Of a stretch of DNA of 64,000 nt, positions 46,455 to 56,433 are shown one piece after another. The notes below the pieces were generated by a model. It made no database searches, was not told where the DNA came from, and worked only from the letters and a program-made list of their open reading frames with translations. The DNA is taken from contig JBIOWO010000253.1 in assembly GCA_044868555.1 (NCBI GenBank), forward strand, positions 2,009 to 66,008, in the 5' to 3' direction. Made by a program: the position numbers and the translations under genes. Numbering within the stretch: position 1 is the stretch's first letter; each line of letters starts with the position of its first letter. Source of the DNA: Lacipirellulaceae bacterium. GTDB taxonomy: Bacteria > Planctomycetota > Planctomycetia > Pirellulales > Lacipirellulaceae.

Positions 46455-46940
46455 ATGTCGGATACGACACCGGACGATATTGCCGTAACGGTTTGCGACT
46501 GGAACGGTCGACTCATCTGGACGAGCCGGAATGCCCCGTGTTGTGGCGCCGGCAATCCCATCTGGGAAGGCGCTGCTCCCGAATGCGCAGAGGCCGTCAG
46601 AGCGGCCGTCTCGCGCGTCGTGGCGCTGCGCGAACCGCAGCAATACGAGGCGGCCAACCTGCGCGGGGAGTTTTTCCACGTTTGGATGTGGCCGCTCGAC
46701 TCGCCTGAAATCGCCGTCTGCATGCTCGCCGTGCGAGTTCCCGTCGAACTTTCACTGCTCTCGACTCGCGAGCGAGACTGTTTGCATTTGTTGGGCGCAG
46801 GCGCGGCGCCCGGCGCGATTGCAACCGCCTTGGATATCAGCGTGAGCACGACCCACACGCATCTGAAGCGGGCGCGGGTCAAGCTCGGCATCGAGAACAT
46901 CGAAGCACTGATCAGCTTTGCCGCCCGACACTGCGTCTGA
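46455..46940 (+). CDS. LuxR-type HTH regulator with PAS-like N-domain (paralog 2)
   Basis: Collinear with paralog 1: CDWNGRLIWTS...WPLDSPEIAVC; RERDCLHLLGAGAAPGAIATALDISVSTTHTHLKRARVKLG. Confidence 0.8.
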   Translation: MSDTTPDDIAVTVCDWNGRLIWTSRNAPCCGAGNPIWEGAAPECAEAVRAAVSRVVALREPQQYEAANLRGEFFHVWMWPLDSPEIAVCMLAVRVPVELSLLSTRERDCLHLLGAGAAPGAIATALDISVSTTHTHLKRARVKLGIENIEALISFAARHCV

Positions 46941-47684
46941 CTACTTCCCGCCCTCTTTGCTCCCGCGCTCCGTCCCCGGCGCGTTATCGATTACTTCATT
47001 CAGCAGAAACACCTCGACGCAGTTGTTGTCGTTCTGCCAATTGGCCTCAAAGCGCTTGGTCAGTGGCTCGAAGCCGGCCGACTCGCTCAGGCGGATCCGT
47101 TCCGGCTCGACTCCCAACTCCTCCAGAAACTGCATTACCGTCCGTGCGCGAGTGTAACAGAGTTGCCAATGATCGGCGAACTGACTACCCGACGGCAGCG
47201 GCCGCTGTGTCGAATGGGCGCGGACTTCGATCTTGTTCAGCTTGCCGATAATCGCCGGAGTAAAACTGGTCAGCTCGCGCTTTGCCTGCTCCGAAAGCGC
47301 GGCCGACGCTTCCTCGAACCGCACCAACAGCGCCGGCAGCGTGCGGTCGCTGTTCGCCAGGAAGTGGATCGGGTCCTTTTGTTCCCAGCGCGAGGTCTTG
47401 TCCCCGTCGACGGGACCGTTCGACTGCGGAGTTTCGCTCGGCCGGGTGTGGTTCCGCTTCATGGAATTCGCCGACGGCACGCCGCCGGGCGTCTCGCTCG
47501 GCACGCTGAAGCTGGCGCCCGTGTTCGACGACGACGTGCCCCACGGGTCTTCAAAGTATCCCGCGATGGCGACTTTCACATCCTGGTTCTGCGACGTGAT
47601 CCACATCACCAGAAAGAAGGCCATCATCGCGGTCACGAAGTCCGCGTAAGCCACCTTCCAAGCACCACCGCCATGACCAGCCAT
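46941..47684 (-). CDS. motB: flagellar motor stator protein MotB (OmpA-like C-domain)
   Basis: GGAWKVAYADFVTAMMAFFLVMWI plug/TM signature and an OmpA-like C-terminus. The start is set at MAGHGGG because the longer ORF reads through a repeat hairpin. Confidence 0.85.
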   Translation of the reverse strand: MAGHGGGAWKVAYADFVTAMMAFFLVMWITSQNQDVKVAIAGYFEDPWGTSSSNTGASFSVPSETPGGVPSANSMKRNHTRPSETPQSNGPVDGDKTSRWEQKDPIHFLANSDRTLPALLVRFEEASAALSEQAKRELTSFTPAIIGKLNKIEVRAHSTQRPLPSGSQFADHWQLCYTRARTVMQFLEELGVEPERIRLSESAGFEPLTKRFEANWQNDNNCVEVFLLNEVIDNAPGTERGSKEGGK

Positions 47685-47691
47685 ACGTTTC

Positions 47692-47780
47692 GGGTGAGTA
47701 AGTGAGTGGGTGAGTAGGTGAGTAGGTAGTCGATCGCTCGCCGTCACCTACTCACCTACTCACTTACTCACCTACTCACC
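47692..47780. repeat. large hairpin of ggtgagta-type units between motA and motB
   Basis: gtgagtaggtgagtaggt (47710-47727) is the exact complement of acctactcacctactcac (47746-47763). Further unit repeats flank both arms. Confidence 0.9.
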
Positions 47781-47788
47781 TCTTCCTC

Positions 47789-48649
47789 CTACGCTGCTTC
47801 CGCTTCCTTGAACCACTGATCGAGCTCTTCCCGCTCCGGCCGGAATTCGCTCACCACGCCACGCCGACCCATCTCCACCGCCACCTTCGGCGGCAGATTG
47901 TTGGCGAAGCCCACGATGATCGTTGCGCACGTCCGAAGATAAGAAAATTCGGCCTGCGAAATGAATTCCATCCGCGTCACCAGCGGGGCCGCGAAACCGT
48001 ACGACAGCAAAATTCCCAAAAACGTACCGACCAGCGCGGCGCCCACCTTGTGACCAATCTCGGCCGGCGGTCCGTCGATGTGCCCCATCGTTACCACGAT
48101 GCCCAGCACGGCCGCCACGATGCCGAAGCCCGGCAGCGCGTCGGCTACTTTCGACAGCGCGGCCATCGGGGCATGATGTTCGACTTCCATCACCTTCAGT
48201 TCCGCCTCCAGCAGCTCGGCCATTTGCTCCGGCTTCACGGTCGCGTCGACCAGCGGCCCCATCCCGCCGCAGATGAAATGCAGCAGGTGGTGATTGTGCA
48301 AAATGCGAGGGTACTTGGCGAAGATGTTGCTGTTCTCAGGATTGGAAATGTGCGGCTCGAGCGCCAACATGCCGTCCCGCCGTGCCAGCCGCAACAGGTC
48401 GTAGGTGCACTTGAACAAGTCCTCGTAGGCCTGCTTCTTGTACGGAGAGCCTTTGACGGCGCCCATGATGCCTTTTGCCAGGTCGACGAGCACCTTCTTC
48501 GGCGCGCTGACCAGCAGCGCCCCAAACGCCGCCCCGCCGATCGTCACAAACTCCGACGGATGAATCAGCGCGCCGACGTGGCCACCGGCCATGCTGAACC
48601 CAGCCAGCACGCAACCCATCACCACGATGCATCCGACAATGACGATCAT
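47789..48649 (-). CDS. motA: flagellar motor stator protein MotA
   Basis: Collinear with E. coli MotA throughout (YPRIL, LPGFGIVAAVLGIV, GTFLGILLSYGF). Confidence 0.93.
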   Translation of the reverse strand: MIVIVGCIVVMGCVLAGFSMAGGHVGALIHPSEFVTIGGAAFGALLVSAPKKVLVDLAKGIMGAVKGSPYKKQAYEDLFKCTYDLLRLARRDGMLALEPHISNPENSNIFAKYPRILHNHHLLHFICGGMGPLVDATVKPEQMAELLEAELKVMEVEHHAPMAALSKVADALPGFGIVAAVLGIVVTMGHIDGPPAEIGHKVGAALVGTFLGILLSYGFAAPLVTRMEFISQAEFSYLRTCATIIVGFANNLPPKVAVEMGRRGVVSEFRPEREELDQWFKEAEAA

Positions 48650-49022
48650 CAGTCTGCCAATCCAGCTTGCCCGTTGGATGGCTCCGGGAGGCTGAGCTTG
48701 TCGAAGCCCGCCGAGTCATCCACGCCAAATCACGGCAATAGCCCGACCGTCGCCAAGGCAAACCGCCATGGCTCGCGGGCGTTACCGACCGTGTCTTAGC
48801 TACCATAGCACGGGCAGAATGACGCGGACGCCGGGAAAAACAGCCGTTTCGCAGCAAGACGTCCCCACACTTGCGGGGTGGCCGGTCGTGGCCCTTACAT
48901 CCGGCCAACCCGCACGATCGGCCGGCAACTTGAGCGCAATCGTTGCCAAGAGAAGTGTACTCCTCTCGCTCCGCGAGAGGGATTCGTGAAGGGAATCGTC
49001 AAGGGCACAATGAAATTGGACG

Positions 49023-51245
49023 CTACGAACGAAGTGCAATGGGCCGACGCTTTCGTCGCCGACAACCAATGACAAGTATCGCACCCAAAAAGATGGCGCT
49101 GCTCGCCGGCTCCGGCACGCTCGATAGCGACGCGCCAGAGCCCGGCCCAGTGAATGCATTCCGCCAGATCGCGTAATCGGCGGTGTCGACCACCCCATTT
49201 TCATTGCCGTCGGCCCACAAACCGGCGACGGGAACCGTCGTGCCGTACGCGCCCTTCCACACGTTGTAGTCCGCGGCATCCACGTCGCCATCCACGTCGT
49301 AGTCGCCTGGAATCCGCGCCGGCCCGACGATCTGCCGAATCATCCCGTCGCTCTTGCTGAGAATGTACAGCTCGCCGTCATTGCCGATTTGGATGCGAAT
49401 GTCGGCCCGGCCGTCGCTGCCGCCCGACACGGCCGCGCTGCCCGGCAAATGATCGTCCAGCCCGCCCCGTTCGTGATAAGCCTGCTCGACGATTTTAAAG
49501 AGCGGTCCCTTCACGGTGTCGCTCGGTACGTCGCTGGTGGTGTTCCAAAGTTGCTCGCCCTGATCGGGCGCGTCATTAGGGTCGTTCCACAAGATGTCCA
49601 GCGAATGGATCGCGGCCATCGTCGCCGGGTTGCCGTCATCGGCCGCGAGCATTTCCGCGTAGTCGGCATAGAAGATTTGTCCGGTCGTGATCTCGCCGAA
49701 CAAAAACTTGCCGTACAACTGCGGGATCTTGCTGCCGCGATAGACATAACCACTCGAAATCGAATCGCCGATGTAGGTGCTGTCTGAAAAATCGTGCCCA
49801 TAGGCTGCCACGGGGTAGGTCGGCGTCAGTGTGCCCGAGTTGGAGCAGGTACTAAAGCTGCTGCCAGTGCAGATCAAGTCCTTCTCAATGACGTCCGGAC
49901 TTGGAATTGGGCCAGTTTGGTTGTTGTCGTTTGCATCAATAAAGAGTTCCTCGGGCCCCTCCCGCCGTGAATATCCATAATTGACTCCCTTCTTGATGAT
50001 GTTTACTTCTTCCCAATCGTGCAGGCCAATGTCGCTAACAATTAGATGATTGTTCGTGTTTACATCCGGGTTACCCGGATCGACGTCCCAGCTCATTCGG
50101 TGAGGATTGCGCATCCCCAGAGCCCAAATCTCATCGCGTACCGTCCCATTCGTGCCGCCCGGGTTTGGCACGTTGAAGAACGGGTTATCATTGGGGATGA
50201 AATACCGACCACCGTTCGCCGATGTGACTGGCGTATTCACATTGGCGTCCGGTGCGATTCGCAGCACCTTGCCGCCCATCGTATTCAGCAACTGGGGCGT
50301 CCTTCGTGCAGTCAAGCTGGTGGTGCTTTCCCCAGCCCCGCCGTCGCCGATCGAGATGTACATCACGCGCCAATCGGGATCGCCTGGCCCGGCGGTCGGA
50401 TTGAATATTAAGTCCCCCATCGGATGAATCTGGCCCGACATATTCACCCGCATTAGCTCCCGTGCCGTGCCTTCGAACGTCGTATTGTTGATATTCGTAT
50501 CAGTCCATTCGACCAGAACCGTCGCCCGCGTGCTTCCACCTGGTGTCGCAAACGCGGTTGACGTTGTGTACCCCGCGGTATTCAGTCCAGGTTCGTTCGT
50601 GTTGTCCGGACCGAAGGTGCCGGTCAGATGGCCCGGCTGCTCCATGTGCACCGTGTAAAACTTCCCATTCGTTTGATACGCCGGGTCAAATTGGAACGTA
50701 ATCAGTCCGTTGGCGAACCCTGACGAATACACGAACTCGCGGAACATCCCCGGATTCTTGACCTCTGGAAAATCCGGATCGATCACCCGGCCGTTGAAGT
50801 CCAGATACTGCGTAAATTGCTTTGTGTTCTTGTCGAGAATGTAAAGCGGCCCGTTCAGGTCGTTCACGAAGAAACGGTTGCCGCCGCCCGGCTCATCTGC
50901 CAGGAAATTGACCCGTGCCAGGTACGCGCTGTTCGCAGTGGCCGAAGGAAACGCCACCGAACCGGTCATCGGCATCGTCGCGTAGTCTTGAATCCGCAGC
51001 GATGTTAATTCCGCCACGGCCGAGCAGCTCATCGCACCCCAAATCACGACCGCCGCCAGCGCCGCCGCCCCGCGCGGCGACCGCCGACAATTCGCTGCGC
51101 CAATTCGCAACGCCTTGCGCAGAACAAGGGCAATGCCGCCTGAAATCGTCATGGATTGGGAAGGGGGGTGCAGGTTGGTGGGACGCGCGAGCCAAACCGA
51201 TGCGCCGCGCGATGCTTGCCCCAGCGAGCGGCCGATCTCCTGCAT
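49023..51245 (-). CDS. PQQ-dependent sugar dehydrogenase-like beta-propeller with dockerin-like module and PEP-CTERM
   Basis: GMRNPHRMSWD-type GSDH motif. The C-terminus reads DYDVDGDVDAADYNVW...DGNENGVVDTADYAIW followed by VPEPASSAIFLGAILVIGCRRRKRR. The start is uncertain (51245 or 51152). Confidence 0.8.
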   Translation of the reverse strand: MQEIGRSLGQASRGASVWLARPTNLHPPSQSMTISGGIALVLRKALRIGAANCRRSPRGAAALAAVVIWGAMSCSAVAELTSLRIQDYATMPMTGSVAFPSATANSAYLARVNFLADEPGGGNRFFVNDLNGPLYILDKNTKQFTQYLDFNGRVIDPDFPEVKNPGMFREFVYSSGFANGLITFQFDPAYQTNGKFYTVHMEQPGHLTGTFGPDNTNEPGLNTAGYTTSTAFATPGGSTRATVLVEWTDTNINNTTFEGTARELMRVNMSGQIHPMGDLIFNPTAGPGDPDWRVMYISIGDGGAGESTTSLTARRTPQLLNTMGGKVLRIAPDANVNTPVTSANGGRYFIPNDNPFFNVPNPGGTNGTVRDEIWALGMRNPHRMSWDVDPGNPDVNTNNHLIVSDIGLHDWEEVNIIKKGVNYGYSRREGPEELFIDANDNNQTGPIPSPDVIEKDLICTGSSFSTCSNSGTLTPTYPVAAYGHDFSDSTYIGDSISSGYVYRGSKIPQLYGKFLFGEITTGQIFYADYAEMLAADDGNPATMAAIHSLDILWNDPNDAPDQGEQLWNTTSDVPSDTVKGPLFKIVEQAYHERGGLDDHLPGSAAVSGGSDGRADIRIQIGNDGELYILSKSDGMIRQIVGPARIPGDYDVDGDVDAADYNVWKGAYGTTVPVAGLWADGNENGVVDTADYAIWRNAFTGPGSGASLSSVPEPASSAIFLGAILVIGCRRRKRRPIALRS

Positions 51246-51408
51246 CTTGCTCGAAACCTGAAGATTTGTCCATTCTCTTAGCGGTTACGCGACTGTTTTT
51301 TTGCCGTAGCAAACGCTCCGGCCACGTCCGCACCGCCGCATTTTCAGCCCGGTTTGACCTTTCCAGCGGCTGGGTCTAAGCTGAACCGACTTATCCCGCT
51401 CGACGAAT

Positions 51409-53283
51409 TTGTGGAGCTTGACCATGAAAATGCACTCCCTTTCATCCGGCCTGGCCGGTCGCTTCCTGTGCCTGCTCCTGTCCGTGGCGATGGCGACCGG
51501 GCCGTCGGCTGCAGTCTTCGCCCAGACGAATGCGGCGGCCCAAGCCGTCCGCCAGCGGGTGCAGGGGCTCGAGGGCGGCGGCGAGTCGCAACCCGCCCCG
51601 ACGACGCCGCCCCCTGGCGACGATCGTGACTATGGCGGCGGCCGCGAATCGATGCCCGCCATCCCCGGCGCCGGCAGCGCCGATACCTCGTACGTCGCAC
51701 CAAACGCCGTCGCCATTATCGTTCTCCGACCGGCCCAATTGCTGGCCGCGCCGCTCGCCCAGATGTTTCCCGTCGAAGTGGCCAGCGCCGCAGGCCTGAA
51801 GAACCTGGGTTTTGATCCGGCCGATATCGAGCAGGCGGTCGCGTTCGCCCAAATGCCGTCCGGCGAATCGCCCCAAGTCGATTACGGCGTGGCGATTAAA
51901 TTCCTGAAGCCGTTCAAGGGCGCGGCCATCCCCGCACACCTCCGCGCCCACGCGGCGCCGGGCGATCTGGCCGGCCGCAAGTATTTGCAGAGCCGCCAGC
52001 CGATGCTTCCGAGCCTGTACGCGCCGGATGCCAAGACGCTCGTCGCGGCCCCGGATACGACATTGCGGCAGCTCGTCGAAAGCAAGGACCAGCCCAAATC
52101 CGGATCGGTGATCGACCGCGTCCACGCGGCCCCGCCCGGCAGCGATCTCTATGTGGCGGTCGACGTCGCCGCCCTTCGGCCGCTGATGGCGGTGGGCCTG
52201 ATGCAGGCCGCTCAGCAGTTGCCCCCCGGGACGCCGCCGGAAGTCCAGCAGTTTTTCGAGGCCCCGAATCTCATCTCCGCCGCCGAGCTCACATTCAACG
52301 TGTCGGCCAGCGGTCCAATGTCGCTCGTCGTTCACGCCAACGACGACGCCAGCGCCGAGCGGCTCGAGCAATTGGTCGACGCCGGCATGCAACTGTACCA
52401 ATCGCAGCTCAAGGCGCAGATGGCCGCGCAAGCCACCGGCGATGACCCGATCGCGCAGGCCATGGCCCGCTACATGGAGCGGATGTCTGTGCAATGGGCC
52501 GACAGCTTTAGGCCGCAGCGCGAGGGCGCCAAGCTGACTTTCTTCAAAACGGAGGGAGACGATCCGGCAAAACAGCAGCTCACCCAGGTGGCCGTCATCG
52601 GCATCCTCGTCGCGCTGTTGCTGCCGGCCATCCAGGCAGCACGCGAGGCGGCCCGACGGACGGACTCGTCGTACAAAATGAAGCAGATCATGCTCGCGCT
52701 TCACAACTTCCACGATACGCGCAAGAACCTTCCCGCCCACGCCATCTACAACGCCGACGGCCAGCCGCTCTTGAGCTGGCGCGTGCAGATCTTGCCGTAC
52801 TTGGAGGATGGCGGCGCGGAGCTCTACAAGGAATTCAAGCTCGACGAGCCGTGGGACAGCGAGCACAATCGCCCACTCATCGCCCGCATGCCGGCCGTCT
52901 TTTCCAACCCGAATTTCATCTCCGAGCCCGGCAAGACGAATTTTCTGGGCGTCGTCGGCGAGCACTGCGGCTTCAACGGCACGAAACAAGGCCTCGGGTT
53001 CAAGCATTTCACCGACGGCACCAGCAAGACGATCGTGCTCGTCGAAGCCGACGCCGATCGGGCCGTCGAATGGACCAAGCCCGACGACTGGCAATACGAC
53101 GCCAGCAATCCGTCCGCCGGCCTGGGAAAACTGCGGCCCGGTGTCTTTAACGCCGGCTTCGCCGACGGCTCCGTACAACAGATCTCCAACAACATCGACC
53201 CGGAGATGCTCAAGGCGCACTTCACCCGCGACGGCGGCGAAGTCATTCCGCAAACACTCCCTCCCCAGATCCGCAATCGTTGA
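51409..53283 (+). CDS. DUF1559 domain fused behind a signal-peptide-bearing approx 390-aa N-terminal domain
   Basis: An internal pilin-like helix [24 protein letters not shown] lacks the G/FTLVE cleavage motif. DUF1559 body: [12 protein letters not shown] ... FADGSV. Confidence 0.8.
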   Translation: MWSLTMKMHSLSSGLAGRFLCLLLSVAMATGPSAAVFAQTNAAAQAVRQRVQGLEGGGESQPAPTTPPPGDDRDYGGGRESMPAIPGAGSADTSYVAPNAVAIIVLRPAQLLAAPLAQMFPVEVASAAGLKNLGFDPADIEQAVAFAQMPSGESPQVDYGVAIKFLKPFKGAAIPAHLRAHAAPGDLAGRKYLQSRQPMLPSLYAPDAKTLVAAPDTTLRQLVESKDQPKSGSVIDRVHAAPPGSDLYVAVDVAALRPLMAVGLMQAAQQLPPGTPPEVQQFFEAPNLISAAELTFNVSASGPMSLVVHANDDASAERLEQLVDAGMQLYQSQLKAQMAAQATGDDPIAQAMARYMERMSVQWADSFRPQREGAKLTFFKTEGDDPAKQQLTQVAVIGILVALLLPAIQAAREAARRTDSSYKMKQIMLALHNFHDTRKNLPAHAIYNADGQPLLSWRVQILPYLEDGGAELYKEFKLDEPWDSEHNRPLIARMPAVFSNPNFISEPGKTNFLGVVGEHCGFNGTKQGLGFKHFTDGTSKTIVLVEADADRAVEWTKPDDWQYDASNPSAGLGKLRPGVFNAGFADGSVQQISNNIDPEMLKAHFTRDGGEVIPQTLPPQIRNR

Positions 53284-53329
53284 CGGTGCTCATTCGCGCT
53301 CTATTGGTCTGTCAGGCATGATCTGATGC

Positions 53330-53391
53330 GTAGCTGAAGTCGCAAGACTTCAGGTTCTCGCATGAGGACTGAATTCTAGCGAATTCAGCTA
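53330..53391. repeat. double-hairpin repeat (gtagctgaagtcgcaagacttcag..ctgaattctagcgaattcagctac)
   Basis: Same family as 45192-45248. Confidence 0.8.
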
Positions 53392-53416
53392 CATCGATTC
53401 ACGGCCTGACAGACCA

Positions 53417-55309
53417 CTAGGCTGCCGCTCGCGGCCCAACGCGAATTGGGTAAATCGCCAACCACGCGAGGCCGCCCATCAACGCGAGCACCCAGCCTGC
53501 CGGCTCCGGCACCGCCGCCAGAGTCGTCGTCGCCCCGGCCGTCGAGCCCGACGTGTCTCCGAAATGGGTCATCCACACCGGGTAGTCTTCGTCGCCGACC
53601 GTCCCGCTGCCGTCTCCGTCCGCGCCATCGAATGGCGTCACGCTCGTGCCGTAGGTCCGTCGCCAGACGACATAGTCGGCCGCGTCCACGACTCCGTCCC
53701 GATTGTAGTCCCCCGCCAACAGCGCGGCCGTCACCTGGCCCGCGAGCGACAGCGTGAGCATCGTGTTCAACGCGCCCGGCAGATTCTCGTCCGACAGATT
53801 CAGCGTATAAGTGGCCGAAAAGCTGCCCACCACCGACGTATTGAGCATCGCCGTGAACTGCTGATATGCACCGGCATCCAGCGACAAGCTGCCCGCCGAC
53901 ACCGCCAGATTCGTGCTCAAGGCCGCCAACGCCGCCGCCCCGCCGCTCCCCATCACGCTGTCAAAATCCAGGTCGGCGGTGTAGCCGGGCGTCGTGGACC
54001 GATTGAACAGGTCGAAATTGAACGTCGGCGCCGCACTGCCCATCGTCACCGAGCCGAAGTCATGCATTAGAGTCGTCACCGTCGAGCCACCGGCAAACGA
54101 CGGCGTCGCATGATCGAGCACCGTCAGGCTCAGGTTGATCGTGTCGTTCGCGTCGCCCGCTCCGTGCCCGGAGCCGGCGCTGCCGGTGATATCGAGATTG
54201 TTGACGGTCACCGTGCCACTCTTCAACCCGGCGCTCGTCGTGGTCGTGTTGAGCCCGACGTTGAACGTTTTGCTGTCCGTCATGGTCGTGCGAAACGCAT
54301 TCAACTTTCCGGTCACCGTGCTCGTGGCAGCGCCGTTCGTTGTGACTTCGTAATACGTGCCGTCCGTACCGCCTTTATTCAGTTTTACGCTTTGTGCGCC
54401 GGGCACTCCGCCGCCAACAAATACCCGCCCCAGGTCGACGTTCTTCGTCGAGCTGCCATCCCCGTTCACCGTCGCGCCGTCGATGGCGATTTGACTGTTG
54501 TTATTGGTGGTCTTGAAGATCGACCACACCCATTCCGGATGATCAACAAATGGATTGCGGTTGCTTTGCATGTAGGGATTGCTGATGGCCGGGCCCGTTG
54601 CTCCGGGCAAGCCGTAGATCGCGTGGTTGCGGCGCCGCTCGAACGCGTCCGGCACGTCCCTGAAGTGGTAATAGATGAGCGACGACAAATCGCCCATCTG
54701 CGTTCCGGTGGGAGGATCGTTATCCGTCAGCGACAGCGTCGAGTATCGCGTGGCCATATAGAACTGGGAGCGGGCGACGTCGCCCGCATCCGCATCACCG
54801 GGATAGAAATAATCGCCCACCGGTCCGTAATTACCAGAGGACGCGTCCAAACCGAAAGGGTCATCTCCCCGGGCGTTATTGATGTCCGTGTCAGCGGGGC
54901 GCAAGTTGAACTGATCGCTCGCGATGTTTGCGACATTGTTGCTAGCGCTGGCCCCGAGTCGCGACTGCGGCCAAATGTGCTCTCGATTCCACGGTAAGTT
55001 CACATTATCCCAAACATCAGAAACTGACGCGCGATTATAGATCAGCAAGATATTTCCGGCCGCATTCGGATCCGGGTCTGTGTATGGTGCTGAGTAGCGT
55101 GCGTCGCCGTAGGTCACATCCGTCATGTCGCTGACGATCGTCCGCAACTGACTAAGCAGCGCTGCCCCGGTGAGCCCGGCCGTGCCATTGTAATAGCTCA
55201 CCGGCGGATCATAGTCATCCGCCCCTGCCTGCAGGGCCGCGAGCGCCACGGCCAAGGCCAACAGTATCGCCACGAATCGCTGTCGCCTGATCAACGCACC
55301 ACTCCTCAT
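53417..55309 (-). CDS. secreted endonuclease I-family nuclease with dockerin-like module and PEP-CTERM
   Basis: WNREHIWPQS and DQFNLRPADTDINNARGD are Endonuclease_1-type motifs. The C-terminus reads DYNRDGVVDAADYVVW..DGDGSGTVGDEDY then VPEPAGWVLALMGGLAWL. Confidence 0.8.
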   Translation of the reverse strand: MRSGALIRRQRFVAILLALAVALAALQAGADDYDPPVSYYNGTAGLTGAALLSQLRTIVSDMTDVTYGDARYSAPYTDPDPNAAGNILLIYNRASVSDVWDNVNLPWNREHIWPQSRLGASASNNVANIASDQFNLRPADTDINNARGDDPFGLDASSGNYGPVGDYFYPGDADAGDVARSQFYMATRYSTLSLTDNDPPTGTQMGDLSSLIYYHFRDVPDAFERRRNHAIYGLPGATGPAISNPYMQSNRNPFVDHPEWVWSIFKTTNNNSQIAIDGATVNGDGSSTKNVDLGRVFVGGGVPGAQSVKLNKGGTDGTYYEVTTNGAATSTVTGKLNAFRTTMTDSKTFNVGLNTTTTSAGLKSGTVTVNNLDITGSAGSGHGAGDANDTINLSLTVLDHATPSFAGGSTVTTLMHDFGSVTMGSAAPTFNFDLFNRSTTPGYTADLDFDSVMGSGGAAALAALSTNLAVSAGSLSLDAGAYQQFTAMLNTSVVGSFSATYTLNLSDENLPGALNTMLTLSLAGQVTAALLAGDYNRDGVVDAADYVVWRRTYGTSVTPFDGADGDGSGTVGDEDYPVWMTHFGDTSGSTAGATTTLAAVPEPAGWVLALMGGLAWLAIYPIRVGPRAAA

Positions 55310-55480
55310 CCCGTAGCCGCTTCGTGCCGAAACACGGATCGCGAGTTTCGGCGAAACTCGCCTACGCGCCTAATCCCTCAGCATACTCGCCTACTCGCGA
55401 TTTGCCGAGCAGAAAGTGCCCCCAACCCGTCGCGTCCCTTGCGATCAAACCACAATCACCCGATAATCTCCGCCACAATA

Positions 55481-55515
55481 CCTCCGACCTCCGACCTCTG
55501 ACCCCCGACCTCTCC
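55481..55515. repeat. cctccgacctccgacctctgacccccgacctctcc low-complexity repeat
   Basis: It lies immediately upstream of the pfkB-family ATG at 55519. Confidence 0.6.
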
Positions 55516-55518
55516 ATC

Positions 55519-56421
55519 ATGCCCCTCCTCGTCGTCGGCTCGATCGCCATCGATAACATCCTCACACCCTGCGAGCGCCGCGACGGCCTGCTGGGCGGCT
55601 CCGCTACACACTTCTCCTACGCCGCCAGCTTCTTCACGCCCGTCGAGCTCGTGAGTGTCGTCGGCGGCGACTGGCCTGCCGAGCATACCGAATTCCTCCG
55701 CCGTCGCGGCATCGACGTGGCCGGCATCCAGGTCATTCCCGGCGGCAAATCGTTCCGCTGGACCGGCCGCTATGAACGGAACATGAACGACCGCGAAACG
55801 CTCGACATCGAGCTCGACGTGTTCGGAAAATTCGAGCCGGTGCTATCGCAGTCGGCCCGCCACAGTGAATACGCCTTCCTCGCCAACGCCGCGCCGTCGA
55901 CGCAATTGAAAACCCTCGAACAAGTCTCCGGCGCCCGGCTCGTCGTCGCCGACACGATGGAGCTCTGGATTCAAACCGCCCACGCCGACCTGATGCAGCT
56001 CTTCCAGCGCATCGATGGACTGGTGATCAACGACAGCGAAGCAAAGATGTTGACCGACACCGACAACCTGGCCCTCGCCGGCCACATGGTCCGCGAGATG
56101 GGCCCCAGGTTTGTCGTCATCAAGAAAGGCGAGCACGGCGCGATGTTCTTCAGCGAGCACGAGACGTACGTGCTGCCGGCGTTCCCGACGGAAAAAGTCG
56201 TCGACCCTACCGGCGCCGGCGACAGCTTTGCCGGGGGCATGATGGGATATCTGGCCCAGCAGGAAAACGTCGAGCCCGACACGCTCAAGACGGCCATGGC
56301 GTACGGCATCCTGGTGGCCAGCTTCAACGTCGAAGGCTTCGGCCTGGAGCGCATGCAAGAAATCACGCGCAAAGACATCGACGAACGCATGACGGCGTAT
56401 CGCAAAATGCTCACCTTTTAA
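55519..56421 (+). CDS. PfkB-family carbohydrate kinase
   Basis: GSIAIDN and DPTGAGDSFAGG (PfkB signature 2). Confidence 0.9.
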   Translation: MPLLVVGSIAIDNILTPCERRDGLLGGSATHFSYAASFFTPVELVSVVGGDWPAEHTEFLRRRGIDVAGIQVIPGGKSFRWTGRYERNMNDRETLDIELDVFGKFEPVLSQSARHSEYAFLANAAPSTQLKTLEQVSGARLVVADTMELWIQTAHADLMQLFQRIDGLVINDSEAKMLTDTDNLALAGHMVREMGPRFVVIKKGEHGAMFFSEHETYVLPAFPTEKVVDPTGAGDSFAGGMMGYLAQQENVEPDTLKTAMAYGILVASFNVEGFGLERMQEITRKDIDERMTAYRKMLTF

Positions 56422-56433
56422 TGCCTCCAGGCA

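Noticed and set aside
46938-46943. Convergent stop codons of the second LuxR paralog and motB directly abutting (0-nt spacer) as a special regulatory feature
   Set aside because: Tight convergent packing is not unusual. No structure or motif is present, so it is noted only within the LuxR finding.
48900-48960. Sigma54- or sigma28-type promoter upstream of motA (minus strand TTGGCAACGATTGCG; GCCGATCG)
   Set aside because: The GG-to-GC spacing is 2 nt too short for sigma54. The sigma28-like -10 lacks a properly spaced TAAA -35.
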